Of a DNA stretch of 31,497 nt, positions 17,059-27,100 are shown in pieces. The notes beneath the pieces are model-generated. The model searched no databases. It was not told the origin of the DNA and saw only the letters and a program-made list of their open reading frames with translations. Source of the DNA: a virus. Taxonomy: Duplodnaviria > Caudoviricetes. Every line of letters begins with the position of its first letter. The first letter of the stretch is position 1. The position numbers and the translations under genes are program-made. The stretch lies in the IMG/VR virus record IMGVR_UViG_3300026543_000083, positions 1 to 31,497 of that record; one strand, given 5' to 3'.

Positions 17059-18264
17059 GTGGTAAAGATTCCTGTGGCAAGGATGATAGAGGTAACGAAA
17101 GTTAAAACTCATCCAAATAATGTAAAAGAACATCCAGAAAAACAAATCAATAATCTCATGCAGCTAATCAAGTGGGTTGGTTTCAAGGATCCAATCGTAC
17201 TGGATAAACGAAATGAACTGAAAGCAGGACATGGAAGACTCATTGCAGCTAAAAAATTGGGAATGACTGAAGTTCCGTATGTATTGTTAGAAGGACTTAC
17301 AAAAAAACAAATGGACTTGTTCATCTACATGGACAATCAAATTAATGAATCTCCCTGGATAAAAGATAACGTAGAGCTAATCCTAAAAGATATTCCAATG
17401 AAAGACTTGGAGATGTTTGAATTGGACTGGGACGATATAAGAAAACCAGAGTATCCAGAAGAAGAGCCAATACCTGAACCACCTACAAAACCAAAAGCAA
17501 AACTAGGTGACATCTATCAGTTGGGAAATCATAGAGTAATGTGTGGAGATTCTACTAAAGACTTGGATGAACTACTTGATGGCATAAAGATAGATCTGCT
17601 ATTGACTGATCCCCCCTATGGAATTAATATTGTTCATGGCGGAAGTGTGGGAATTTCCCCCAATCTTGGTTTTGTTGGATTTGAAAAAAAAACAAAATCT
17701 CGTTTAATTGAAGGTAGAAAATATAAATCAATAATAGATGATGACAAACCTTTTGAACCTGAGTTTTTATTATCTCTAGCTAAGACTATGATAATTTTTG
17801 GAGCTAATCACTTTGCTAGTAAACTTCCTGATAACAGTCATTGGCTTGTATGGGACAAAAAATTAGAGGGAGGACTAGATCATAATAATTTTTCAGATGT
17901 AGAACTAGCTTGGACAAATGTAAAGAAAAAATCATCATTAATCTATCGTCATTTATGGTCTGGTCTATTAAGAGCAGGAGACAGAAAAACAGAACTAAAA
18001 GAAAGAGTACATCCAACTCAAAAACCTGTAGGACTACTATCAGAGATCATCAAAGATTACTCTAAAGAGAACAATACAGTACTAGATTGTTATCTAGGTT
18101 CAGGCTCTACACTAATTGCCTGCGAACAGACAGGAAGAACATGTTTTGGAATGGAAATAGACCCAGTATACATTGACGTAATAATTCAAAGATGGGAAAA
18201 TTACACAAATCAAAAGGCTAAACTGCTACCAAAAGAATCTCTAAATCTTATTAAGAATCAATAG
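17059..18264 (+). CDS. ParB/Srx-domain DNA N6/N4-methyltransferase fusion
   Basis: GFKDPIV..AGHGRLIAA (ParB); LGNHRVMCGDST, TDPPY, HPTQKP, LDCYLGSGST, GMEIDP. Confidence 0.92.
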   Translation: MVKIPVARMIEVTKVKTHPNNVKEHPEKQINNLMQLIKWVGFKDPIVLDKRNELKAGHGRLIAAKKLGMTEVPYVLLEGLTKKQMDLFIYMDNQINESPWIKDNVELILKDIPMKDLEMFELDWDDIRKPEYPEEEPIPEPPTKPKAKLGDIYQLGNHRVMCGDSTKDLDELLDGIKIDLLLTDPPYGINIVHGGSVGISPNLGFVGFEKKTKSRLIEGRKYKSIIDDDKPFEPEFLLSLAKTMIIFGANHFASKLPDNSHWLVWDKKLEGGLDHNNFSDVELAWTNVKKKSSLIYRHLWSGLLRAGDRKTELKERVHPTQKPVGLLSEIIKDYSKENNTVLDCYLGSGSTLIACEQTGRTCFGMEIDPVYIDVIIQRWENYTNQKAKLLPKESLNLIKNQ

Positions 18265-18302
18265 AAATCTTAATAACTTTATCAAGTGATAGAATAACAG
18301 TT

Positions 18303-18755
18303 ATGAGCAAACTATCGATAGCCAAAGAAAAGGCTATGCGTGAATCCTTTCTGAAATATCCTACAAAATCAGATCATGATATAGCAAAAATTGTAAAGAT
18401 TAGCCAGCCCACAATATCAAAATACAGAAAAGAACACGCATTAGCAATAGATGCCGAGTTCATATCAATTGTAGCAGGCAAATTCATCTTTGAATTCGGA
18501 CAAGCCATACAGCATTGGAAATTACTCATAGAAGAACTAGAAGTACTAAAAACTGGAAAGAAAACAATAATCAAACAAAACTCAGAGACTGGCGGATTCT
18601 TCAAATCAGAAGTAGATTTGGAACCGATGGACAAATTACAATTAATAAAAGAACAAGCAACACTACGATCAAGAATATTATTCCTAGCAAGCCAAGGAGA
18701 AGTAAGAGAGGTAATTAAGGTGATGAGGTCTGGACAGCTTCCAACAGCTACTTAG
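18303..18755 (+). CDS. terS: Putative terminase small subunit
   Basis: N-terminal HTH (SDHDIAKIVKISQPTISKYR), helical body, position directly before the terminase ATPase. Confidence 0.6.
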   Translation: MSKLSIAKEKAMRESFLKYPTKSDHDIAKIVKISQPTISKYRKEHALAIDAEFISIVAGKFIFEFGQAIQHWKLLIEELEVLKTGKKTIIKQNSETGGFFKSEVDLEPMDKLQLIKEQATLRSRILFLASQGEVREVIKVMRSGQLPTAT

Positions 18756-19779
18756 CGATGCCAAGAAGGCCGGTATTAGTAATAATACTGAGCAGTCAGA
18801 AACATCATTATCATCTATTGAACTATGTAACTTTCTAGGAACATTACCCTTCTGGTGTGGCAATAATACACTACACAAAGAGAATCCAGACTATCAACAT
18901 ACTGCCAAATGCTGCACTACCCACATTGTAGGTTTACCGAGACATCCAGCAACAAACGAAGAGATGCCACTCACACCATACCAAGTAGATTTTGCAACTA
19001 AGGTAATCAACGGCAGACTCAAGTTTGGGGATGCCACAGCCCAAATGAGAAAGGCCCTAAAGATGCACATCAAAAAGGGTAGGCAGATGGGCTTTACTGA
19101 GATAGTATTACGTCTTATCTTACATCTCACATTCTCAAGGTATGCTGGCGCCAACATAGGAATAATGGCAGCTACTAATGGCTCACTAGCAAAGAAAGAT
19201 CTGAGAAGACTTGCCCTTTTATTCAAATCAATTCCTATTGTAGTTGAACAATGGATTAAATCAAACACACTACGAATCGTTAATGGAACGGTAGTTGAGG
19301 CGTTTGCAGCATCAGAAGAAGCAATGACTGGTGATACAAAATACAAAGCCATTTTGGTGGATGAATCTGCAAAATGGAGATTAGTAGATGACACACCTGT
19401 GTTTAACTCCATTCTACCTATAGTTAGAACAAATGGCTGTGATCTGTATTTGGTATCTACTACAAAGGGGCCAGTTAAGATGTTCTATAAGATAGACATG
19501 GATCATGATGAATCAGACTGGGTATTCTTTGTGTATGATATTTGGAAAGCAGAAGGGAACCTCTACACTAAAGCTGAAATAGATGAAATGATAGCATCAT
19601 CTGCTGAAGACCCAAGCCAGGAATATCTATGTGAGTATAGTATTGGCAAGGATTCAATCTTTGGTAATGTATCTGCAGAGGACCAACAGGGAATGAGTGA
19701 ATGGCTAAGTGATGATGATGGTGATGATAACTATGACGAAATAAAAGACAAGGATGGGATTCATTGGCATGAAAATTAA
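18730..19779 (+). CDS. terL: Terminase large subunit, stand-alone ATPase domain
   Basis: LTPYQ adenine motif, KKGRQMGFT deviant Walker A, ILVDES Walker B, VSTT motif III, QEYLCEY linker. The frame is open from 18727; CTG at 18730 follows GGTGA. Track start 18964. Confidence 0.85.
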   Translation: MDSFQQLLSDAKKAGISNNTEQSETSLSSIELCNFLGTLPFWCGNNTLHKENPDYQHTAKCCTTHIVGLPRHPATNEEMPLTPYQVDFATKVINGRLKFGDATAQMRKALKMHIKKGRQMGFTEIVLRLILHLTFSRYAGANIGIMAATNGSLAKKDLRRLALLFKSIPIVVEQWIKSNTLRIVNGTVVEAFAASEEAMTGDTKYKAILVDESAKWRLVDDTPVFNSILPIVRTNGCDLYLVSTTKGPVKMFYKIDMDHDESDWVFFVYDIWKAEGNLYTKAEIDEMIASSAEDPSQEYLCEYSIGKDSIFGNVSAEDQQGMSEWLSDDDGDDNYDEIKDKDGIHWHEN

Positions 19780-19825
19780 TAAGAAAATAATTCAAGATTT
19801 AACCTTATTAAGAAATTAAAAATTA

Positions 19826-20377
19826 TTGAAAACTCTTAAACTGTTAATTGGCGACCCAGCTAAAACAAATGATCCTTTTGGTGTTATAGGATTAGAAGGA
19901 ACATATCCTGAAAAGAAAATCTACACAAGACATGCAAAACAATTCAAGAGAGAACCATACAGAACAGTAGCTGATCATTTCTATAACATGCACAAAAAGA
20001 TTAACTTTGATCTAATGATATTAGAAAAGAACTTTGACTATGAGAATATATCAAAGGCATTTGCACATCTGCCAATTACTTACGTATCTACATCTTCTAA
20101 TCTAACTAAACAAACAAGAGCTAAAGGGTATAGTGTAGACAAACCATTCATGATAAAATGGTTAAAGAAAGAATACAAGAAACATACTGTACAGTATCCA
20201 ACAAATCAATCAGTAGACATGCAAGAACTAATCAATCAACGAAACCAGATAGTAGGGATCACTGCACCATCTGGACATGTATCATACAAAGCGCAAAGGA
20301 GTAGACATGATGATTTATTTCTATGTGAGTTAATAGGATGCAATGCAATTAGAATATGGTGGGATCAACAACAATAA
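19826..20377 (+). CDS. Terminase RNase H-like nuclease domain, intact active site
   Basis: IGDPAKTND, ILEKN, RHDDLFL. Confidence 0.8.
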   Translation: MKTLKLLIGDPAKTNDPFGVIGLEGTYPEKKIYTRHAKQFKREPYRTVADHFYNMHKKINFDLMILEKNFDYENISKAFAHLPITYVSTSSNLTKQTRAKGYSVDKPFMIKWLKKEYKKHTVQYPTNQSVDMQELINQRNQIVGITAPSGHVSYKAQRSRHDDLFLCELIGCNAIRIWWDQQQ

Positions 20378-20490
20378 TGAATCACACAAATTCTCTTTTT
20401 GATATTTTTCAGATGTGGAGATATCTAGACTACCGAAAAGATGTACCCTATAGGAAAGAGATACTATTCATACTGAGGACTATGCCATGA
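20377..20490 (+). CDS. 37-aa linker ORF; not in the ORF track
   Basis: MNHTNSLFDIFQMWRYLDYRKDVPYRKEILFILRTMP; TAATG and ATGA overlaps with both neighbours. Confidence 0.5.
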   Translation: MNHTNSLFDIFQMWRYLDYRKDVPYRKEILFILRTMP

Positions 20491-21215
20491 AGAATCAACT
20501 AATCGTAGCACTATCCTACACAAAACAAAGAACAATGTTTGGTATGGTCGGCATAGAAGTAGACCCTTCAAAAAGAATTGCGTTTGTCAGACTAGCAAAA
20601 CAGTGGAGAAGAGATGACATGAACTCTATCCCTGGAGATATCAAAGAGGCTTATTCAAAAGTAAAATGGCATATTACTTTTGCAGATCAATTGATTGGAC
20701 AGCACCTGATTCGCTCTATAGAAAACGCATTACACTTTGAGGTAAGCACAATCACCACACAAAAGAATCTCAAGGACCCTGAAGATATCGAACTAATCAA
20801 AGTAATGGATATGACAGAGATGACACAGCTAACCCTATCACTAAAGCAGGAACATAAGATACAGTTCCCTCCAAAGAACCCTAGTCATGACATGATTGAT
20901 TTAATCAAGCAGATGGAGATGTTTACAGAACACACTACAGAACAGGGAACAATATCATACTATGCACCAGGAGATGAGTTGGATTGTCTACCAAGAGCAC
21001 TAATGATCTGCTGCTTTGTTGGGAGGATGTCTTTACAGCATGGAGAGATGCCAATGATAATCAAACGTGGTGGAGAAGACTTGACACAAAACAATACTCA
21101 TGACGATTTAGACCAATGGCTAAACGATACCTTTGGTGGCAATGAATCTCTTAGCGAATACAACATGAACCGAATCAGCAGAAAGAGACTGTATGAGACA
21201 AAGAAAATGTTTTAA
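20487..21215 (+). CDS. Second terminase nuclease-like paralogue, degenerate active site
   Basis: Colinear similarity to 19826-20377; the first catalytic Asp position reads VALSY. Confidence 0.7.
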   Translation: MKNQLIVALSYTKQRTMFGMVGIEVDPSKRIAFVRLAKQWRRDDMNSIPGDIKEAYSKVKWHITFADQLIGQHLIRSIENALHFEVSTITTQKNLKDPEDIELIKVMDMTEMTQLTLSLKQEHKIQFPPKNPSHDMIDLIKQMEMFTEHTTEQGTISYYAPGDELDCLPRALMICCFVGRMSLQHGEMPMIIKRGGEDLTQNNTHDDLDQWLNDTFGGNESLSEYNMNRISRKRLYETKKMF

Positions 21216-21409
21216 ACCTTGTAAAATTAATTACAGTAATGCAAAATAAAATATTGAGATTCATTTCACCACGAGATTGTATATCTATGCTATTGTTACA
21301 AAATATCATAAATAATCTACCTACAGGAAATGAAAAATACGAGCATGTTACATTGAAAAATTAATAAGAAAATAACATTCTTTATTTTAATTCATTAGAG
21401 ATTAACTGC

Positions 21410-23065
21410 GTGTCACAAGAAGAAGCCACGCTTGACGATAAAAACCTCAATCAACTAGAAGGACTTTCCATAGTCAAAGTACGAGACATTGAATACAAAA
21501 TAAACCTAGATGACTCCATTTGGAAGGCAGGACCAGTAAAGTTTGCACAAATACCTGCATGGCATCAGAACGGCCAGATAAGACCAACAAGTGCAAGAGG
21601 ACTTGCTACATCTAACAATACTAAATGGCTAAAGAAGATGGCACCATTTGAAAACTTTCAGATATTCCCCAGTGTAGACCCATATCCTTCAGAGTTACGA
21701 CAACTACTCAGAATACTAAACGAAGAAAACCCTTGGATAGTAAAGTCACAAGAGATAATTCAAAAACTTGTAGTTACAAAATTTACAACAGAAATGGTTC
21801 CACGTGATAATTCACAGATGAATCCAGACGAATTAGAGAAATGGCAAGACACACCAATAGAAGTTGAATTCTTTGATGAAAAGGTTACACCTAACCAAAT
21901 CAAAAAATGGATAGATAATTTTTCTCAAACCTTAGACCTTAAGGATTTACTATATGATGCGTACATGTTTGCACGAGAACAAGGAAGAACTGCAATTGGA
22001 ATGTTTCCTGAACAAAGAGATGAGGATGGCAAATATCAGATGCCTCAAGCATTACGATTAATCAGACCAGAATTACTACGAAGACCAATTGTATCATTTC
22101 AAACATCAGAACTAATTGCAGTGGAAGTTACTGGACTAACAAGTAACGGATCACGCTTTGATGCAAATAGACTCATCTACATACAGAAAGGAAAAAATTT
22201 AGATTTGTTCTCTGACTTTTACGGAAAGAGTGACATACGAGCACTAGCTGATATTGGTAAAGTTGGACTTGTATTGTATGGTAGGGACTATCTAGCTGCA
22301 ACAATCAGCACTTGGCACACACCATACATATTCAAGCATACAGTTCCAGGAAAAAACTTTTCAGAAATTAACCAAATCATGGATCAATTCAATATTGACT
22401 TGGCAAACAATGCAGGAAAGGATATTTCCGTATCATACAATGTTGAATTATTAAACCCAGGAGGATCAAACCCTGGCGACATTGCAGGACTAGTACTAAT
22501 TGATAATCAACAGATTGAAACAATTGCTGGTAGAACTGGCATCCCATTATTCTTGTTATCCAAAGGAAAAACTGGAAACATGGGAGGCAACGCAAACCAG
22601 GAAGAAGCTGACGGATTCATAGAAAACGAGATTGACCCAGAACAGGAAATGCTAGAGCAAGTAGTGGAGAGGCAGTTCTATGATAGAGTATTAGCTATAA
22701 TGTTTGATGTAGAGCCAAGAGATGTTACTGATGTTCCAATTAGATTATTACATAAATTTGAAAATGCTGTAATTCAAACCGAGGTAGCCCCTGAGAAATT
22801 TAACATGACAATGAATTTGATGGATAGGGGATTAACTACTCCAGAAAAGGCAATGGACAAGTTAGGACTCTCAGACATGCTAATAGGTGACACTTCCTCT
22901 ACTGGTGGTGATACTACTCCAACTGTAAAGACCTGGCCAATCTCAAACAATTTTGATAACCATCAGGAAACAATGCACAATGCAAAGTTAGGATTACTTG
23001 ATGAGGCCCGAGAGACACTAAAGCTGCAAAATGTCGAAAGAAGAAACAAAGCAACCGCCGTTTAG
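21410..23065 (+). CDS. Portal protein
   Basis: 551 aa after the terminase genes; LRLIRP, LIYIQ..DFYGKSDI, IAGRTGIPLFLL, GLTTPEKAMDKLGL patterns. Confidence 0.85.
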   Translation: MSQEEATLDDKNLNQLEGLSIVKVRDIEYKINLDDSIWKAGPVKFAQIPAWHQNGQIRPTSARGLATSNNTKWLKKMAPFENFQIFPSVDPYPSELRQLLRILNEENPWIVKSQEIIQKLVVTKFTTEMVPRDNSQMNPDELEKWQDTPIEVEFFDEKVTPNQIKKWIDNFSQTLDLKDLLYDAYMFAREQGRTAIGMFPEQRDEDGKYQMPQALRLIRPELLRRPIVSFQTSELIAVEVTGLTSNGSRFDANRLIYIQKGKNLDLFSDFYGKSDIRALADIGKVGLVLYGRDYLAATISTWHTPYIFKHTVPGKNFSEINQIMDQFNIDLANNAGKDISVSYNVELLNPGGSNPGDIAGLVLIDNQQIETIAGRTGIPLFLLSKGKTGNMGGNANQEEADGFIENEIDPEQEMLEQVVERQFYDRVLAIMFDVEPRDVTDVPIRLLHKFENAVIQTEVAPEKFNMTMNLMDRGLTTPEKAMDKLGLSDMLIGDTSSTGGDTTPTVKTWPISNNFDNHQETMHNAKLGLLDEARETLKLQNVERRNKATAV

Positions 23066-23360
23066 TGGGTTACTATCCATTCTGCTAGGAGTTGGATTCT
23101 CAGCAGCATTAGCTATTGCAATTACAGAAGCTACAGGAGAGGAAGAAAAGATTCCAGAATTTCTAAAACAAGACAAGACTCCCGTAATCTTCATGACTCA
23201 GATGGATAGTAAGGTTGATGATAAAATTTGTCTGCCACTAGAGGGAACAGTATGGGATAAAGGAGATACAAACCGCCCAAAGATTCCAAAAGATACACAT
23301 CCAAATTGTAGATGTTTTTACATTGATGCAATTACTGGTAGAAACTTGGGACAGTTTTAA
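23031..23360 (+). CDS. Minimal MuF/SPP1 gp7-like head morphogenesis protein
   Basis: DSKVDDKICLPLEG...IP..THPNCRC; follows the portal. Confidence 0.8.
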   Translation: MSKEETKQPPFSGLLSILLGVGFSAALAIAITEATGEEEKIPEFLKQDKTPVIFMTQMDSKVDDKICLPLEGTVWDKGDTNRPKIPKDTHPNCRCFYIDAITGRNLGQF

Positions 23361-23401
23361 AAATTAATAATCTTTTTAAACTTATTTGATGCTTAATCAA
23401 C

Positions 23402-23593
23402 ATGGCATTTGTTGAATGTGTGCATGAAGATTGTAAACAACAATTTGATATTTCTGCAGATATTATATTCAATTTAAAAAATGCAGTCTTTAATGGAAGA
23501 ACTGGTTCTCCACAATGGGAGGCTACTTGTCCTCATTGTAAACGTGCTAATTTTCTCTCAGTTAATCTGGAAATAAAATCTATATCAAATTAA
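23402..23593 (+). CDS. Zn-ribbon microprotein
   Basis: CVHEDC...CPHC. Confidence 0.7.
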   Translation: MAFVECVHEDCKQQFDISADIIFNLKNAVFNGRTGSPQWEATCPHCKRANFLSVNLEIKSISN

Positions 23594-23659
23594 TTTAATT
23601 TTAAAATTATTAAGAAAATAGTTCCATTTAAAATTCATTAACTTAAAACAAAAATTACT

Positions 23660-23974
23660 GTGGCAGTTGAAGGTTTTACAATACTTGGTAGTGTATCTAC
23701 TACAATCTCATCAGGAGAAAATGCATTTGCATCTGACATTACTTTTACAGAGAAAACTCCTGTAGGTTTTGCAAAAGAGATTCAAGTTCAAATCTATGCC
23801 GCTGCATCTTCCGTACTTTCAGTAAGACGTAATGGAACAGATTACCCCATTAACAATAACGTTGCAGTGATTGGCGCTGTCACATTTACAATTCTTGTAC
23901 TAAGTACAGATGCGCTAAACATCAGGACTACTGGTACCACAATCCCCCTGGACGTTATCATAGCTGGTGGGTAA
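23660..23974 (+). CDS. Small beta-rich virion protein (spike-base candidate)
   Basis: Alternating hydrophobic beta pattern; late motif upstream; precedes the fibre. Confidence 0.55.
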   Translation: MAVEGFTILGSVSTTISSGENAFASDITFTEKTPVGFAKEIQVQIYAAASSVLSVRRNGTDYPINNNVAVIGAVTFTILVLSTDALNIRTTGTTIPLDVIIAGG

Positions 23975-23976
23975 AA

Positions 23977-24162
23977 ATAGTATCAGAGTCAGCCCACACT
24001 TGTACCGTTCTGACAGTCTATCAGGGCCATCGAATAGCCAGACCGCAGAATCCTTACTTTACTGGTACTGGTGCAGGAGGTTCGGGACTAATGCTGTTTA
24101 CAAACGGAGGAATAATGGAATTCACTTCTGATTCGATAGACATGGAGTTTACAGATGTCTAA
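23977..24162 (+). CDS. Cryptic 61-aa ORF with triple M(L/E)FT repeat, probable ATA start; not in the ORF track
   Basis: IVSESAHTCTVLTVYQGHRIARPQNPYFTGTGAGGSGLMLFTNGGIMEFTSDSIDMEFTDV; fills the gap exactly and overlaps the fibre start. Confidence 0.5.
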   Translation: MVSESAHTCTVLTVYQGHRIARPQNPYFTGTGAGGSGLMLFTNGGIMEFTSDSIDMEFTDV

Positions 24163-27100
24163 CAGAAAATGGACTGGTGAGCCAACAAAAGCCAATCCTA
24201 TAAGTGGCGATAAAATATTGATTTTGGATTCTGAAGATAACAACAATAACAAGCTAGCCGAGTTTGGAAATCTATCAACTGCTCTACCTAACTGGTCTAC
24301 AATTGTAGCCATTCAAAACGTAAACTTTGGAGGAGTAAATCTAATTGATATAAACCAGCTCAGAATTAAAAATCAAGGAACAGGTATTGACTCACTTATC
24401 TCTTCTGATGATCCATTAGAAGTGCTTACAGTATCCGGAACACTGGATGCAAACTCATTAAGATCAAGCGGTAACATTATCGGCTTTGCTACTGATGCGT
24501 TACAAACAGGGAGGGTAACGGATGTAGTGGCATTCGCTGATGCAATCAATGTTCATACTATAGAGGATCTTGCATACGTGCCATCCCCTACAAACAACAG
24601 TATTACGTCATTGAGAGTCCTAGGTGTTGATAATCCAACAATACTCAACGTCTACAAGAATGACATTGATTTTCTAGGGGCAACATCTGTTGTATTCAAC
24701 GCAGATAAACTGTTCATAACTACTGCCACTGAAATTATTGTAACTAATCTTTTCAGTGTTAGTGATCCTGTCATTTTTGGAAGAAGCGGACCGATAGGCA
24801 ATGTAATGTCAGACATCATCATAAAGGGCAAATATGCGTATGTTGTCCCACATGACACCGACGAGTTCAAGGTTCTGAGTATTTCAGATAGCTTTAATCT
24901 TACTGTCATTGCTACACTTCCACTAACCAGAAATGTTACACAGATGTATGAAAATGGAAGTTTCATTTACATGACATCAAATATCGGAGGAGGTGTATTC
25001 ATAGTTGACATTACTAATCCACTTGCCCCTGTACTGGTTAATGATTTCACTGATGTTACTACATTACCAGTAACGTATGGAATATCAATTGCAGGCAATC
25101 ACATGTTCGTATCAACACATGAAGGCCTTAGAATCTATGACATTGTAGACAAGCAGAACATATCGGAGGTTGGAAGTGTGATAGACAATTTAGTACACAC
25201 AGACTTGGTTGCAAGTGATAATCACATATATCTATCAAACCTTGTCAAGACAGTAGACGTAACAGACTTTACATCTCCTACAGTTGTCGGTTCGACATCA
25301 TTTGTAGAGACAGGACTTTATCTTTTTGGAAAGAGTCTGTATGCCGTTGGGAATGGAAATTTCAGTGAATATGATATTACAGGAGCACAAATGCCTGCTG
25401 CAAGCATTGGATCTCTACACTGTGCATTTATAGATGTTACAGGTACAATGGCCGTAACTGGTAGTGCAGATTTCCATGATTCGATACATGTAGGGGCCGG
25501 AGGAATACACACCGATGGTGCGCTAACTGCCTCAAACATTTGCATGCATAACAACAACAGGATAGAATGGGACAATGTAGCAGTAGATGACAAGTTCGGA
25601 TGGACCGTAAATGCAAATGACACAATGGTAACGGATGCATCTATTCTGAATATCTCCCCCAATCCAGTCGCAACCCCAACATTAAGAATGCTAGTGGATG
25701 CTCAACTTCCTAACAATTCACCGATAGGATTGATTGAGGCAAGAACATTATCCAGTCTGGGAGGGGAAAAGCAGTTTGCCAGAATACAATTCTTCTTGGA
25801 GGATTCTACAAATGCAACGGCAAACGGCTCCATATTTTTCACTGCATTACATGACAACAGCACCATAGATTACATCAAGATCAATGATGGCTCAAATGAC
25901 CTTGTAAAGATTAGACGAATTCTGGATATGGAATTCCATAAGATTATCAATGTTACAGATCCTACGGCATCAGGTGATGCAGCAACTAAAAATTATGTGG
26001 ACACCGAAATAGGTGCAATTATTCATCCTGATAATAGTGATTGGGCTACCTTCATCGCATCACAGGATGTAGACATTGATGGAAATACAATAACAAACAT
26101 AGGCAATGACAAGTTCCTGGAATGGAATAGTTCACTAGGAATTAAGATAAACACAGGAAATGATTTAGAAACAAATGCCCAGGATTTCATAATGAGCCAG
26201 TTGGGCGGTACTCCTAAATTCTTTTTCAAGAGACTAAAGGCATTATCACCAGGAAATGTTATAGGTAATTTCAGAATGGCTGCACATAACAGTGTAGGTG
26301 CAGAAATTAACTATACACAGATGAGGTTTAGAATGGAGGATGATACAAATGGTTCAGAGCATGGATCTTACGATTTTAACTTACTTCTAAATGGATTACC
26401 AACTGATGCACTTCAAATTAATCCAGATAAAGAAGGTACGGTAAAATTAGGATTACCACTAGATGCAAATACTAATTTTATTATAAATCTTAAAGACCCT
26501 GTAAATACTAAAGATGCTACAACTAAAGTTTATGTTGATAATTTAGATACTGCTAACAGTGCCGCAGATCAATTATATGCGGATACTCAAGATGATTCTC
26601 ATTCACTTGCTGATCGAGCATATACAGATTCACAAGATTCTCTATTAGACCCATTATGGGCTAGCCATGTGGCAAGCCAAGATGTAGATTTAGATAATAA
26701 TAGGTTGCTTAATGTCACTTCAATTAGTGGTGTAAGTGATGAATTACAAGTTATAGCTAAAGATTTCAAGATAAATAAAACAGGAACCAGTCAACAGATG
26801 TTCTTCCAAAGAGATGAAATAATGAGTAATAACCAAACCATTGGTATTATCAGGGCAGAGTCACAGGATGCGGGAGGAACATTAAGACCATTTGCAAGAA
26901 TTAGATTAAGAATGATGGACAGCACGACAGGTGCAGATCATGGTTCTATTGAATTCAATACTAGATTCAATGGTGGAAACAAAGACTGGATATACATCAA
27001 TGATCTCGGTGATGGATTAATTAGGATGAAGGAAGATACTCACTTTGAAGATAATGATATTACTAACGTTAATTCATTAGGTGTAACAACAGTCAATAGT

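Noticed and set aside
17059-18264. ParB-methyltransferase fusion as a novel system
   Set aside because: This fusion is common next to terminase genes in tailed viruses.
220-19795. Other nested or antisense track ORFs (e.g. 220-402, 889-1311, 3122-3400, 8657-8866, 18894-19412)
   Set aside because: They overlap better-supported coupled genes and lack recognisable features.
19770-19830. Terminase split as a simple sequencing frameshift
   Set aside because: The ATPase has a distinct acidic tail and tandem stops, the gap holds the late motif at the standard 50-nt spacing, and a second separate paralogue exists.
21239-21364. 41-codon ORF before the portal
   Set aside because: No clear RBS, coupling or motif; too weak to call.
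23975-24154. GC-richer gap as a tRNA or ncRNA
   Set aside because: No cloverleaf was recognisable, and an open frame with a repeated peptide explains it better.
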